Source: Bacillota bacterium
Lineage (GTDB): Bacteria > Bacillota_I > Bacilli_A > RFN20 > CAG-826
Direction: 5' to 3'
Assembly: GCA_030537155.1 (NCBI GenBank)
Contig: JAUNOH010000004.1
Location: forward strand, 30,932 to 94,931
DNA: 64,000 nt
Shown here: positions 36,650-46,700 of the stretch, one piece after another
How positions within the stretch are numbered: position 1 is the first letter of the stretch
Layout of the letters: the number at the start of each line of letters is the position of its first letter
Made by a program: the position numbers and the translations under genes
The notes under the pieces: model-generated
Databases searched by the model: none
The model's input: the letters and a program-made list of their open reading frames with translations, nothing else
Told to the model about the DNA's origin: nothing

Positions 36650-39063
36650 ATATCCTCCACCGATAGCTTCTTCAGATGCCAGATGTCGCGGTTATACTCC
36701 TCGATCGTGCGGTCGCTGGTGAAGTAGCCGCTGGAGGCGATGTTGAGGATGGCGGATTTGGCCCACTTCTTCTTGTCGTTATAGAAGGCCTCGGCTTTAT
36801 CGCAGGCCTTGCAGTAGGCATCGAAGTCGGCCAAGACGAAGAATTGGTCGTTGTGGTTCATGATTTCATCGTAGACCATGCGGAATTGATCCTCATCCTT
36901 GGCCCAGGGCCCGGTGAGCAACGAATCCAGAACCTGCTTGACGCGGTAATCGGAGTTATAGACGTCCCAGGGGTTGTAGCTGCCCTCGTCGACGGCTTTC
37001 TGGACCTCCTCGGCGGTCAAGCCGAAGATGATCTCATTCTCGCGTCCGGCGAAGTCGGCGATCTCGATGTTGGCCCCATCCAGGGTACCCAGGGTGAGGG
37101 CGCCGTTGATCATCAGCTTCATATTCGAGGTGCCGCTGGCTTCCTTGCCGGCGGTCGAGATCTGCTCGGAGATGTCGGCGGCCGGGATGATCTTCTCGGC
37201 TAAGGTGACACCATAGTTCTCGACGAAGACGATCTTGATGAATTTGTTGACCTCGGGGTCGTTGTTGACGACTTTGGCTACGGCCAAAACCAATTCGATG
37301 ATCTTCTTGGCGTAGACGTAGCTCGGCGCGGCCTTGGCCCCGAAGATGTAGGTGTGCGGGGTCATCTTGAAGGAGGTCGGGTTCTCCTTGATCTTGTGGT
37401 AGAGGTGGATGATGTGGAATAGATTCAACAGCTGCCTCTTATAGGCGTGGAGACGCTTGATCTGGACGTCGAAGATGGAATCGGGATCCAATTCGATGCC
37501 ATAGGCCTTTTTGCAGAAGGCGGCGAAATCCTTCTTGTTGTCGCGCTTGACCTTCATGATCTCGCGCTGGAAGGAGGCGTCGTCGGCGTATTGCTTGAGT
37601 TCGGAGATCTTCGAGAAGTCGGTGATCCAGCCGGTGCCGATCTTCTTGCTGATGGAGTCGCTCAGGCGGGGATTGGCATGCAATAACCAACGCCTATGGG
37701 TGACGCCATTGGTCTTATTGTTAAACTTCTGCGGGCAATAGCGGTAGAAGGCGGCGAAGGTGTAATCCTTGAGGATCTGGGTGTGGATCTTGGCGACCCC
37801 GTTGACCGAGAAGCCGGTGTAGATGGCCATGTTGGTCATGTGGATCTGGCCGTCTTTGATGATCTGCATCTGGTAGCGGTCCTCGCTACTGACGCCGGCC
37901 TTGTTGAGCTCGATGAGCATCCTCCTATTGATCTCCTCGATGATCATGTAGACGCGGGGAACCAAAGTCTGGACGTAGCGGACCGGCCACTTCTCGAGGG
38001 CCTCAGGCATGACGGTGTGGTTGGTGTAGGCGAAGATCTTGGTCACGATCGGCCAGGCCTTCTCCCAGGTATAGCCATACTCGTCCATCAATAGCCTCAT
38101 GGCCTCGGGGATGGCGAGGATCGGGTGGGTGTCATTCAGCTGGAAGACGTAGTAATCGGGGAAATTATCGAATTTGCCGAATTTCCGATAGTGGCTCCGC
38201 ATGCAGGATTGGAGTCCGGCGGAGACGAGGAAATACTGCTGGCGGAGGCGGAGCATGCGGCCGTGTTCGGTCGAATCATCCGGATATAGGCCGTGGCAGA
38301 TTTCCTTCAAAGTTATCAGATATTCCTCGAAGGACTGATTGGTGGGGAGGTTATTGGGGCTCGGCTCGGCCGACCAAAGCCTCAATGAGTTGGCGACCCC
38401 ATTGTGGTAGCCGGGGATCGAGACGTCATAGGGGACGGCACGGACGCAGACGGGGTTGACCGTCTTGAAGCCATAGGTGCCGTTGGGTTTTAGATAGGTC
38501 TGGGCCTGGCCGTAGAAATTGACCTCGACCGAATGCTTGGGCTTCCTGACCTCAAAGGCAAAGCCGTCGGAGAGCCACTGATCGGGCAGTTCGACCTGCT
38601 TCCCATCGACGAATTTCTGGCGGAAGAAGCCATATTCGTAGCGGATGGTGTTGCCGTGTCCGGGATAGCCCAAGGAGGCGATGGAATCGAGGAAGCAGGC
38701 GGCGAGGCGGCCTAGGCCACCGTTACCGAGGCCGGCGTCGGCCTCCATGTCCTCGAGCTCGCCGATATCGATGCCCAAATCGGCCAAACCCTCCTTGGCG
38801 ATCTTGAAGATGCCGAGGTTCTGCATGTTGCAGGTGAGCAGGCGCCCCATCAAAAACTCCATCGAGAAGTAGATGAGCTGGCGGTCGTTGTTGGCGATGA
38901 TGTTCTCGCGGCAGTTGCGCCAGCTATATCCGGCGTAGTCGCGGACCATCTGACCGAGGATGTCGTATCTCTCGGTGATGTGGCTATCCTCGACCGAACG
39001 GCCGTATTTCTCCATCAGCATGCGCTCGAAAGTCTGCTTGAAGTCCAGTTTGTTGTCGAACAT
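36646..39063 (-). CDS. glgP: Glycogen/maltodextrin phosphorylase
   Basis: 805 aa with the PLP-Lys region EASGTSNMKLMINGALTLGTLDGANIE. Confidence 0.96.
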   Translation of the reverse strand: MFDNKLDFKQTFERMLMEKYGRSVEDSHITERYDILGQMVRDYAGYSWRNCRENIIANNDRQLIYFSMEFLMGRLLTCNMQNLGIFKIAKEGLADLGIDIGELEDMEADAGLGNGGLGRLAACFLDSIASLGYPGHGNTIRYEYGFFRQKFVDGKQVELPDQWLSDGFAFEVRKPKHSVEVNFYGQAQTYLKPNGTYGFKTVNPVCVRAVPYDVSIPGYHNGVANSLRLWSAEPSPNNLPTNQSFEEYLITLKEICHGLYPDDSTEHGRMLRLRQQYFLVSAGLQSCMRSHYRKFGKFDNFPDYYVFQLNDTHPILAIPEAMRLLMDEYGYTWEKAWPIVTKIFAYTNHTVMPEALEKWPVRYVQTLVPRVYMIIEEINRRMLIELNKAGVSSEDRYQMQIIKDGQIHMTNMAIYTGFSVNGVAKIHTQILKDYTFAAFYRYCPQKFNNKTNGVTHRRWLLHANPRLSDSISKKIGTGWITDFSKISELKQYADDASFQREIMKVKRDNKKDFAAFCKKAYGIELDPDSIFDVQIKRLHAYKRQLLNLFHIIHLYHKIKENPTSFKMTPHTYIFGAKAAPSYVYAKKIIELVLAVAKVVNNDPEVNKFIKIVFVENYGVTLAEKIIPAADISEQISTAGKEASGTSNMKLMINGALTLGTLDGANIEIADFAGRENEIIFGLTAEEVQKAVDEGSYNPWDVYNSDYRVKQVLDSLLTGPWAKDEDQFRMVYDEIMNHNDQFFVLADFDAYCKACDKAEAFYNDKKKWAKSAILNIASSGYFTSDRTIEEYNRDIWHLKKLSVEDI

Positions 39064-41007
39064 TTATTTATCTCCCTTTGTGGTTTTCTTCTTACTCGCC
39101 GGTTTCTTGGCTTTGGAGGTGGCTTTCTTCTTTTTGGGCTCCTCCTTCTTCTCCACCCGCCTCTTCAGGATGAGGGCGGCGTAGCTCCCCAGCTTCACGC
39201 AGACGTGATAGGGGCGGTTCTCCGGCGCGCCGGGATAAGATTCCAGCGGCAAGCCATTATACTGGTTCCAGCCGGCATATACATCCTTATCCGAGTTAAA
39301 GATTTCGTCATAGACGCCCTCCCTCATGACCCCGACGTCATAGTATTCGTAGTAGTTTGGGGTCATATTGAAGACGAAGAGGAGGTCGCTGTCCCCCACC
39401 TGCCTTTGGAAGGCGTAGACCGATTGGTCGCAGTTATCGACCATCGTCCACTGGAAGTGCTCGGGGTTATATTCCTCATAATGCATGGCCGGCTCGGCCT
39501 GGTAGATGAGGTTCAAGTCGCGGCAGAGGCGCTTTACCGAGTCGTGCTTGGGGAAGGTAAGCAGTTCCCACGGCAGGCTCTTATTCTCATTCCACTCATC
39601 GAAGGTGCCGAGCTCATTGCCCATGAAGTTGAGCTTTTTGCCCGGATGCCCGAATTGGTAGGTGTAGAGGTTACGGAGTAAGGCGAACTTCGATTCGTAG
39701 TCTCCGGCGATCTTGTTGATGATGGTCCCCTTGCCGTGGACGACTTCGTCGTGGGAGAGGGGCAGCAAGAAGTTCTCGTTATAGAAATAGGCCATCGAGA
39801 AGGTGAGCTTATGGTGCTCATACTTCTTATAGATCGGGTCTTTGGCGTAATACTTGAGGGTGTCGTTCATCCAACCCAGGTCCCACTTATAGTCGAAGCC
39901 CAATCCGCCGTATTCGGTCGGCTTGGTGACCCCGGGGTAGGCCGTGGAGTCCTCGGCGATCATCATGACGTCGGGGTGATATAGGTGGATGAGGGAGTTC
40001 AATCTCTTGACGAACTCGACCCCACCGCCGTTTTCACCCTCGTTGGAGTTGCCATCCCAGTAAATGATGTTGCTGACGGCGTCGATCCTGAGTCCATCGA
40101 AGTGGAAATAGGATAGGAAGTAGTTCATGGCGCTCATTAGGAAGGAGCGGACCGGGTCTTTGCCCAAGTCGAACTGGGCGCTCCCCCACTGGGAGAGGGT
40201 CCTCCGGGGGTCGCTGTATTCATATAGGCAGGTGCCGTCGAATTCGCGGAGGGCGAAGGAATCGTTGGCGAAATGGACCGGGGCGAAGTCGAGGATGACC
40301 CCGAATCCGGCCTGATGCATCCTGTCGATGAAAGACATCAATTGCTTCGGGTTGCCATAGCGGCTGTCGACCGAATAGAAGCCGGTGGCCTGATACCCCC
40401 AGGAGCCGTCGAAGGGGTATTGGCAAATCGGCATCATCTCGATGTGGGTGTAGCCGCAATCCCGTAAATACGGGATCAGGTAGTCGGCGATCTCCTCATA
40501 ACTCGGGAAGCGATCCCAGATCTTGCCCTTCCAGGAGCCGAGGTGGACCTCGTAGATCGACATGGCCTTATCGAAGTTGCGGCTACGCGATTTGAGCCAC
40601 TCCTCGTCGTGCCAGATGAAGTTGTTGATGTCGAAGGTCCTTGAGCAGGTCTGGGGGCGATGCTCGGAATAAAAGGCGAAAGGATCGGCTTTATCGACCC
40701 ATTCGCCCTTGGCGTTCCTGAAGTGGTATTTATACGACTGATAATCGTGGAGGTCGGGGACGAAAGTCTCCCAAACCCCGCATTCATCGACCTTATTCAT
40801 CTTGTGGGTCCTTACGTCCCAGCCGTTCCACTCCCCGATCACCGACACATCGTCGGCCATGGGGGCGTAGAGGCGGAACCAGACGCCATGGAGGGTGACT
40901 TCCCTCCCCTCCTCATGGAGCGTGCACTCGCCAAAATGCGCCCCGAAGTAATCGAAGGCGTTGACCGATTGCCCCATCAGGAAATCGTAGAGGATTCCAT
41001 ATGCCAT
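39064..41007 (-). CDS. glgB: 1,4-alpha-glucan branching enzyme
   Basis: 647 aa with GH13 regions (HFDGLRIDAV, MIAEDST, LSHDEVVHGK) and an N-terminal CBM48-like region. It has a Lys-rich ~30-aa C-terminal tail. A candidate -10 TATAAT lies at 41051-41046. Confidence 0.95.
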   Translation of the reverse strand: MAYGILYDFLMGQSVNAFDYFGAHFGECTLHEEGREVTLHGVWFRLYAPMADDVSVIGEWNGWDVRTHKMNKVDECGVWETFVPDLHDYQSYKYHFRNAKGEWVDKADPFAFYSEHRPQTCSRTFDINNFIWHDEEWLKSRSRNFDKAMSIYEVHLGSWKGKIWDRFPSYEEIADYLIPYLRDCGYTHIEMMPICQYPFDGSWGYQATGFYSVDSRYGNPKQLMSFIDRMHQAGFGVILDFAPVHFANDSFALREFDGTCLYEYSDPRRTLSQWGSAQFDLGKDPVRSFLMSAMNYFLSYFHFDGLRIDAVSNIIYWDGNSNEGENGGGVEFVKRLNSLIHLYHPDVMMIAEDSTAYPGVTKPTEYGGLGFDYKWDLGWMNDTLKYYAKDPIYKKYEHHKLTFSMAYFYNENFLLPLSHDEVVHGKGTIINKIAGDYESKFALLRNLYTYQFGHPGKKLNFMGNELGTFDEWNENKSLPWELLTFPKHDSVKRLCRDLNLIYQAEPAMHYEEYNPEHFQWTMVDNCDQSVYAFQRQVGDSDLLFVFNMTPNYYEYYDVGVMREGVYDEIFNSDKDVYAGWNQYNGLPLESYPGAPENRPYHVCVKLGSYAALILKRRVEKKEEPKKKKATSKAKKPASKKKTTKGDK

Positions 41008-41200
41008 AGGTGATTGATCTCCATAATTGCCGTAGTTTCCGCAATATTATACAAAAGTGGCTCCCCATTTAGAAGAAATGAGACGGGGAAAGAGTCTGGT
41101 AGCGGGAAACAATTGACGGCTTTTTGGTTTTCCGTCACATAAATGAGCCGCCAGCTGAGCCAAAAGCCCCGAACTGGTGCGCTTTCAGGGACCGCCATTA

Positions 41201-41229
41201 TTGAGAAGACGGCCCCCGGGGCATATAAT
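41201..41229 (+). promoter_or_regulatory. Sigma-A promoter of ackA (TTGAGA-17-TATAAT)
   Basis: -35 at 41201-41206, a 17-nt spacer and -10 at 41224-41229, about 40 nt upstream of the RBS and ATG. Confidence 0.75.
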
Positions 41230-41269
41230 GCGGGTGCTTAAAAACAAATACATAAGAGAGGTAATCAAC

Positions 41270-42475
41270 ATGTACAAAGTCATGGCGGTCAACGCCGGCA
41301 GCTCTTCGCTGAAATACAAGCTTTACGAGATGCCCGAGGAAAAGGTGCTCTGCTCCGGAAACTGTGAAAGGATCGGACACGAGGATGGCATCTTCGGCCT
41401 CAAATACGGGGATAAGAAAGTCAGGGAGATCCTCCCGATCCTCGACCACGCCAAAGGCGTTGAGCTTGTCATCGACGCCCTCATCAAATACGGCATCATC
41501 GAATCCCTCGAGGAGATCAAATGCGTCGGCCACCGCGTCGTCCAGGGCGGCAAATACTTCTCCAAATCCGCCGAATTCAACGAGGATACCGAGAAGAAGG
41601 TCACCGAATTGATTCCGCTTGACCCCCTCCACGCCCCGGCCCACCTCACCGGCTTCCACGCCTTCAAAGAGGCTTTGCCGCATGCCGACGCCATCGCCGT
41701 CTTCGACACCGCCTACCACCAGAGCATGGAACCCGAGGATTACGTCTACCCGATCCCCTATGAGATGAGCGAGAAATACGACTGCCGCCGCTATGGCGCC
41801 CACGGCACCTCCCATAACTATTTGGCCGATAAGGCCATCGCCGATTATTTCGGCGGCAAAGCCGAGGGAACCAGGATCATCACCTGCCACATCGGCTCCG
41901 GCTCCAGCTTAGCCGCCATCAAAGATGGCAAATGCGTCGCCACCTCCATGGGCTTGACCCCCTTAGGCGGCGTCATGATGGGCACTAGGACCGGCGATTT
42001 GGATCCCTCCGTCATGGACTACCTCTGCACCTGCACCGGCAAATCCGTCGATGAGATGTATGACATCTTCAACAAGAAATCCGGTTTCTTGGGCGTCTCC
42101 GGCGTCTCCAACGACACCCGCGACGTCGAGGAAGCCGCCAATCAGGGCAACGAGAGGGCCAAGTTGGCCATCAAGCTTTTCGCCCGCACCGTCGCCAACT
42201 TCATCGCCCAATACTACGTCAGGCTCGGCGGGGCCGATATGATCATCTTCTCGGCCGGCATCGGCGAGAACTCCGACACCTTCCGCGCCGCCATCCTCAA
42301 AAACGTCGAGGAGGCCTTAGGCCTATCCGTCGACTATGAGGCCAATAAAGGCATCCACGGAACCCAGGGTCTCATCTCCAAAAAGGACTCCAAGATCATG
42401 GTCTCCGTCATCCCGACCGACGAGGAAGTGATGATCGCCCGCGACTGCTATAAGAAGATCCAAGGGGTGTTATAA
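41270..42475 (+). CDS. ackA: Acetate kinase
   Basis: The start MYKVMAVNAGSSSLKY is typical, with RBS AGAGAGG. The track ORF begins upstream at 41177, across the promoter. Confidence 0.95.
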   Translation: MYKVMAVNAGSSSLKYKLYEMPEEKVLCSGNCERIGHEDGIFGLKYGDKKVREILPILDHAKGVELVIDALIKYGIIESLEEIKCVGHRVVQGGKYFSKSAEFNEDTEKKVTELIPLDPLHAPAHLTGFHAFKEALPHADAIAVFDTAYHQSMEPEDYVYPIPYEMSEKYDCRRYGAHGTSHNYLADKAIADYFGGKAEGTRIITCHIGSGSSLAAIKDGKCVATSMGLTPLGGVMMGTRTGDLDPSVMDYLCTCTGKSVDEMYDIFNKKSGFLGVSGVSNDTRDVEEAANQGNERAKLAIKLFARTVANFIAQYYVRLGGADMIIFSAGIGENSDTFRAAILKNVEEALGLSVDYEANKGIHGTQGLISKKDSKIMVSVIPTDEEVMIARDCYKKIQGVL

Positions 42476-42477
42476 GG

Positions 42478-43482
42478 ATGTCGTCCAAGCTAAACCCCGA
42501 AGTCATCGCCTACGGCAAAACCTACAAAGCCACCTATAAAAAGATCTACCAGGCCATCGAGAAGTTCGATCGGATCGCCGTTTTCAGGCACATCAAACCG
42601 GACTTCGACGCCATGGGCAGCCAGATGGGCGTCTACCAATTCCTCAGGGACAATTTCCCCAACAAGGAAGTCCACTACCTCGGTGACAACCACGTGAGTT
42701 TCACCCCGCGCCTATTCCCCGAGACCGAAAACCTAAATAACGAATGGTTTGATAAACCCTTTTTGGCCATCGTGGTCGACGTCGGAGACGTGGAGAGGAT
42801 CGCCGATCCCCGTTTCCAGAAGGCCGCCTACACGGTGAAGATCGACCACCACCCCTGCAAGAGTGAAATCGCCCCCGATTGCACGGTCTGCGACGAATCG
42901 GCCGCTTCGGCCGCCGAGATCTGCGCCGATGTGCTCCTCAATTGGAAAGGCAAGGTCTTAAGCCGCGAGGCCGCCAGGCACTTCTACATCGGCGTCGTCG
43001 GTGATTCCGGACGCTTCCTCTATAGCTCCGTCAGCCGCCACACCTTCGCGGTGGCCGAGGAACTGCTCAAAACCGGCATCGGCATCAGCGACATCTACCT
43101 CTCGATGTACGAGAAGACCCTCCATTCTCTGGAAATCCAGGGATATATCCTCAACCACTTCAAGGTCAGCGAGCACGGGGTCGCCTACTACACCCTAAGC
43201 ACCGAGCAGCAGGCTGAACTAGGTATCGTCAGCGAGCAGGGCAAGGAAAACGTCAACCTCTTCTCCAACATCGAGGGCATCAACGTCTGGTGCTCCATAA
43301 CCCAGGATAAAGGGGCCAAGGTCCCCTGTTGGTGGATCTCCATCCGTTCGAAGAAAGCCGACATCTCCCACATCGCCAACAAATGGGGCGGCGGCGGACA
43401 TCCCCAGGCTTCCGGCGCCAAGCTATTGGACATCGCCGACCTCGATGCGTTCATCAAAGACCTCGACGACTTGTTCAAATAA
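42478..43482 (+). CDS. nrnA: DHH/DHHA1 phosphoesterase (NrnA-like nanoRNase / pAp phosphatase)
   Basis: 334 aa with DHH (KIDHHP) and the DHHA1 motif GGGGHPQASGA. Confidence 0.75.
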   Translation: MSSKLNPEVIAYGKTYKATYKKIYQAIEKFDRIAVFRHIKPDFDAMGSQMGVYQFLRDNFPNKEVHYLGDNHVSFTPRLFPETENLNNEWFDKPFLAIVVDVGDVERIADPRFQKAAYTVKIDHHPCKSEIAPDCTVCDESAASAAEICADVLLNWKGKVLSREAARHFYIGVVGDSGRFLYSSVSRHTFAVAEELLKTGIGISDIYLSMYEKTLHSLEIQGYILNHFKVSEHGVAYYTLSTEQQAELGIVSEQGKENVNLFSNIEGINVWCSITQDKGAKVPCWWISIRSKKADISHIANKWGGGGHPQASGAKLLDIADLDAFIKDLDDLFK

Positions 43483-43495
43483 AATCTTCAAAAGC

Positions 43496-43530
43496 GAACC
43501 GCCTACCTCTTTGGTCTGGCGGTTTTCGTT
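43496..43530 (+). terminator. Probable intrinsic terminator
   Basis: GAACCGCC...GGCGGTTT stem with an internally paired loop, then TTTCGTTT. Confidence 0.55.
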
Positions 43531-43725
43531 TGCCAAAATAGGTTGTATATCAAGTGGTATATCTAATCAATTTTAGCTCATTCAACAGGCACATTTACCG
43601 TGATTTTTTATGAACATCTATTTTGAACACGCGCTTAAATATGGTTCCTTGTTACCCATGAAAGTCTCTCTGGTGTGCCGCTTCCCTTATAGGGTGGGAA
43701 GAGACAAGTCTCTTTTGACCCGATA

Positions 43726-46700
43726 ATGGGTTATAATTGGCCAATGGATTTTGCAGCCCTCCACGTCTACAGCGGATACTCCTTCCTCAAGTCCGGCCTG
43801 ACCGTCGATCGGATCATAGCCTGCGGGAGGAAGAACGATTTTTACGGCGTGGGCTTATCCGACTTCGAGACGATGTCGGGTTATCCCGAGCTCTTCCATA
43901 AGATCGGCAAGAGCAACCTCCGCCCCGTCTATGGGCTGGATGTCGAGATAGAGGGCACCCTTTGCTCCCTCTTCCTCGATTCGGAGGTGGGTTATCGAAA
44001 CCTAATCGAAATCAACCTAGAGGCCAGCAAGGGCCCGGTAAGTTTAAAGTTCTTCCTCGCCCACCAAGCCGGGGTGAGCCTGATCCTCCCCAGCGAATAT
44101 AGCCGCCTGAGGCAGATATATAAAAACGGCGAGAAGGAGGCCGCCTCCTACCTCCTATCGCTATCCAAGGACGTCGAGAATTTCTACCTCGGAATCCCCT
44201 ATCTACCCAATGAACCGGAATTCGTTTCCTTTTTAAGGGGATTCGTCGAGAAATACCCATATCAGACCGTGGCCTTCCCCCATTTTCTATACGCCAAAAA
44301 GGAGGACGCCATCGTCTTGGAGATCGTCCGGGCCATCGATGAGGACCGCCAATTGGAGGTCAAAGAGCAGACCGGAAACAACTATTTCCTCTCCCAGGAC
44401 GAATTAAGGGGCTACTACACGGCAGCCGAGATGCATGAGAGCAAGCTATTCGCCGATAGGAGCCGCTTCCAATTCATTCAGAAAAGGGGCGGGTTGCTCC
44501 ATTTCCCCAATCCGCTAGGCATCCCAAGCGGGGAATATCTAAGGAAGCTGGCCTTCGAGGGGCTCGAAAAGAAAATCCCCGATTACGACAAGGCATATCA
44601 AGACCGCCTAAACTACGAATTGAAGGTCATCGACGAGATGGGCTACTCGGATTATTTCCTCATCGTCGCCGATTATGTCGGCTACGCCAAAACCCATGGC
44701 ATCTCCGTCGGGCCAGGCCGTGGTTCAGGGGCTGGGAGCTTAGTCTCCTATTCCCTGGATATCGTCTCGCCCGATCCCATCAAGCACGATCTGATGTTTG
44801 AGCGCTTCCTCAACCCCGAGAGGAAGTCGATGCCTGATATCGACGTCGACTTCTCCGACATCAACCGCGACAAAGTAGTCGAATACCTAATCGAAAAATA
44901 CGGTGAGAACAAAGTCTCCCACATCGTCACCATGCAGACGATCGGCGCCAAGCAATCATTGAGGGACATCGGCAGGGTCTATGGCTATGAGACGAGGGTC
45001 ATAGACTTCATCACCAAAACCATCTCCAACCCCAACCTCTCCCTCCGCGACGATTACCGCCAGTCCAAGCCCTTCCGCGATCTGGTGGATTCGGATAAGT
45101 ACTATCTGGAGATCGTCGGTTTGGCCTCAAAGATCGAGGGGCTGCCCCGTCACTCGGGCCTCCACGCGGCCGGCATCGTGTTAAACGATGAGCCGTTGGA
45201 TAAGGCCATCCCCGTCAAAGAGGAGATGGGGGTGGGATATGTGGCCTCCTACGAGATGAATTACCTCGAGGAACAAGGCTTTTTGAAGATGGACCTCTTA
45301 GGCCTTAGGAACCTCACCATCGTCGATAAATGCCTCGAGTCGATGAAGGAAAACGAGGGGATTGAGCTCGATTACCGCGACATCCCCTATGACGATAAAG
45401 ACGCCATCGCCCTGATAAGGCAAGGCAAGACGATGGGCCTATTCCAGTTGGAGTCTCCGGGCATGCGGAGGGCCATAAAAGACATCGAGCCAGAAAGCTT
45501 CGATGACGTCGTGGCCCTATTGGCCCTATTTAGGCCCGGCCCGATGGAGAATATCCCAAGCTATGGCCGAAGGAAAAAGGGATTGGAGAAGATCTCCTAC
45601 CCCTCCCCGGAATTATCCGGGATCCTCTCTCCCACCTATGGCATCATCGTCTACCAGGAGCAGATCACCCAGATCGTCCGGGCCATGACCGGCTTTAGCT
45701 ATGGACAGGCCGACTCCTTCCGGCGCGCCATCTCCAAAAAAGACGCCCTCCAATTGGCCAGCCTCCGCGATTCCTTCATCGCCGGGGCCATCGAAAAGGG
45801 CCATACCCGCCAGGTGGCCGAAAGCGTCTACTCGCTTATATTCCGCTTTGCCTCCTATGGCTTTAACAAATCGCACGCGGTCGGCTATGCCTATCTATCG
45901 TGCCAGATGGCTTATTTAAAGGCCCACTACCCGCGCCACTTCTACGCCGCCATCCTCGAATACGGCAATAACCGCTATTTCCAGGAGACGATAACCGAGG
46001 TGAAGAAACTCGGCATCAACCTCGCTCTCCCAGATATCAACCAGGCCGGCGCTTCCTACCGGGTCGAGGGCGATAAGCTCCTCTTCCCCCTAAGCGGCAT
46101 CAAGGGGATCCAAAATAACTTCGTCCTCGACTTATTGGATGAAAGGGACAATCACGGCAAATTCCTGGATATCTTCGATTTCTCCAAGAGGATGAAGCCC
46201 TTTGGTCTTAATATCCAGATCTTGGTGCGCCTGATCGATGCCGGCTGCTTCGATTCACTATATCCGAACCGGGCGAGCCTTAGGGCCAGCGCCGGAAGCG
46301 CCATCAGCTACGCCTCGATGTTCTCGGGGAGCGATAATCAGGCCAGCCTCCTCGACTTCGACATCCCCAAGCCCATCCTCGTCGAGGCCAGGGGCGATAA
46401 GATGGTCGACCTCGAGGCCGAGAAGGAGGCGCTGGGTTTGATGATATCCGGCTCGCCCCTCTCCTTGGTCGGCGAAGCCTTAAAGGATATCGACTATGTC
46501 CCCCTAAGCGAATTAAAGGAGGCGGGCGACCGCTTCCAGACGGTCGGGGCCATCAAAAATATCCGAACCATCACCACCAAAAACGGGAAGACGATGGCCT
46601 TCCTCGGGCTATATGATGACACCGGGGAGGCCGACTTCACTCTTTGGAGTGAGGTATACGATGAGTGCTACTCCTTCCTAGTTAAGGATCGGGTCGTCCT

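Noticed and set aside
41198-41890. Long antisense or off-frame ORFs inside well-supported genes. Examples are 41198-41890(-) 230 aa in ackA, 18954-19727(+) 257 aa in ftsZ, 59145-59906(-) 253 aa in the lipoprotein gene, 54696-55373(-) and 55419-56102(-) in pyk/ROK, 38980-39681(+) in glgB, 49116-49694(-) across polA/mutM, and many 60-170-aa ORFs in the track.
   Set aside because: They overlap genes that have clear catalytic motifs. Their translations are low-complexity (Gly/Asp/Val/Arg/Pro/Ala-rich), which is typical of shadow frames in GC3-biased coding DNA. They lack RBS or promoter context.
43715-43720. TTGACC upstream of dnaE as the -35 element for the TATAAT at 43732.
   Set aside because: The spacer is only 11 nt, which is incompatible with sigma-A geometry. 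The -10 appears to act without a recognisable -35, as at the other leaderless-type starts.
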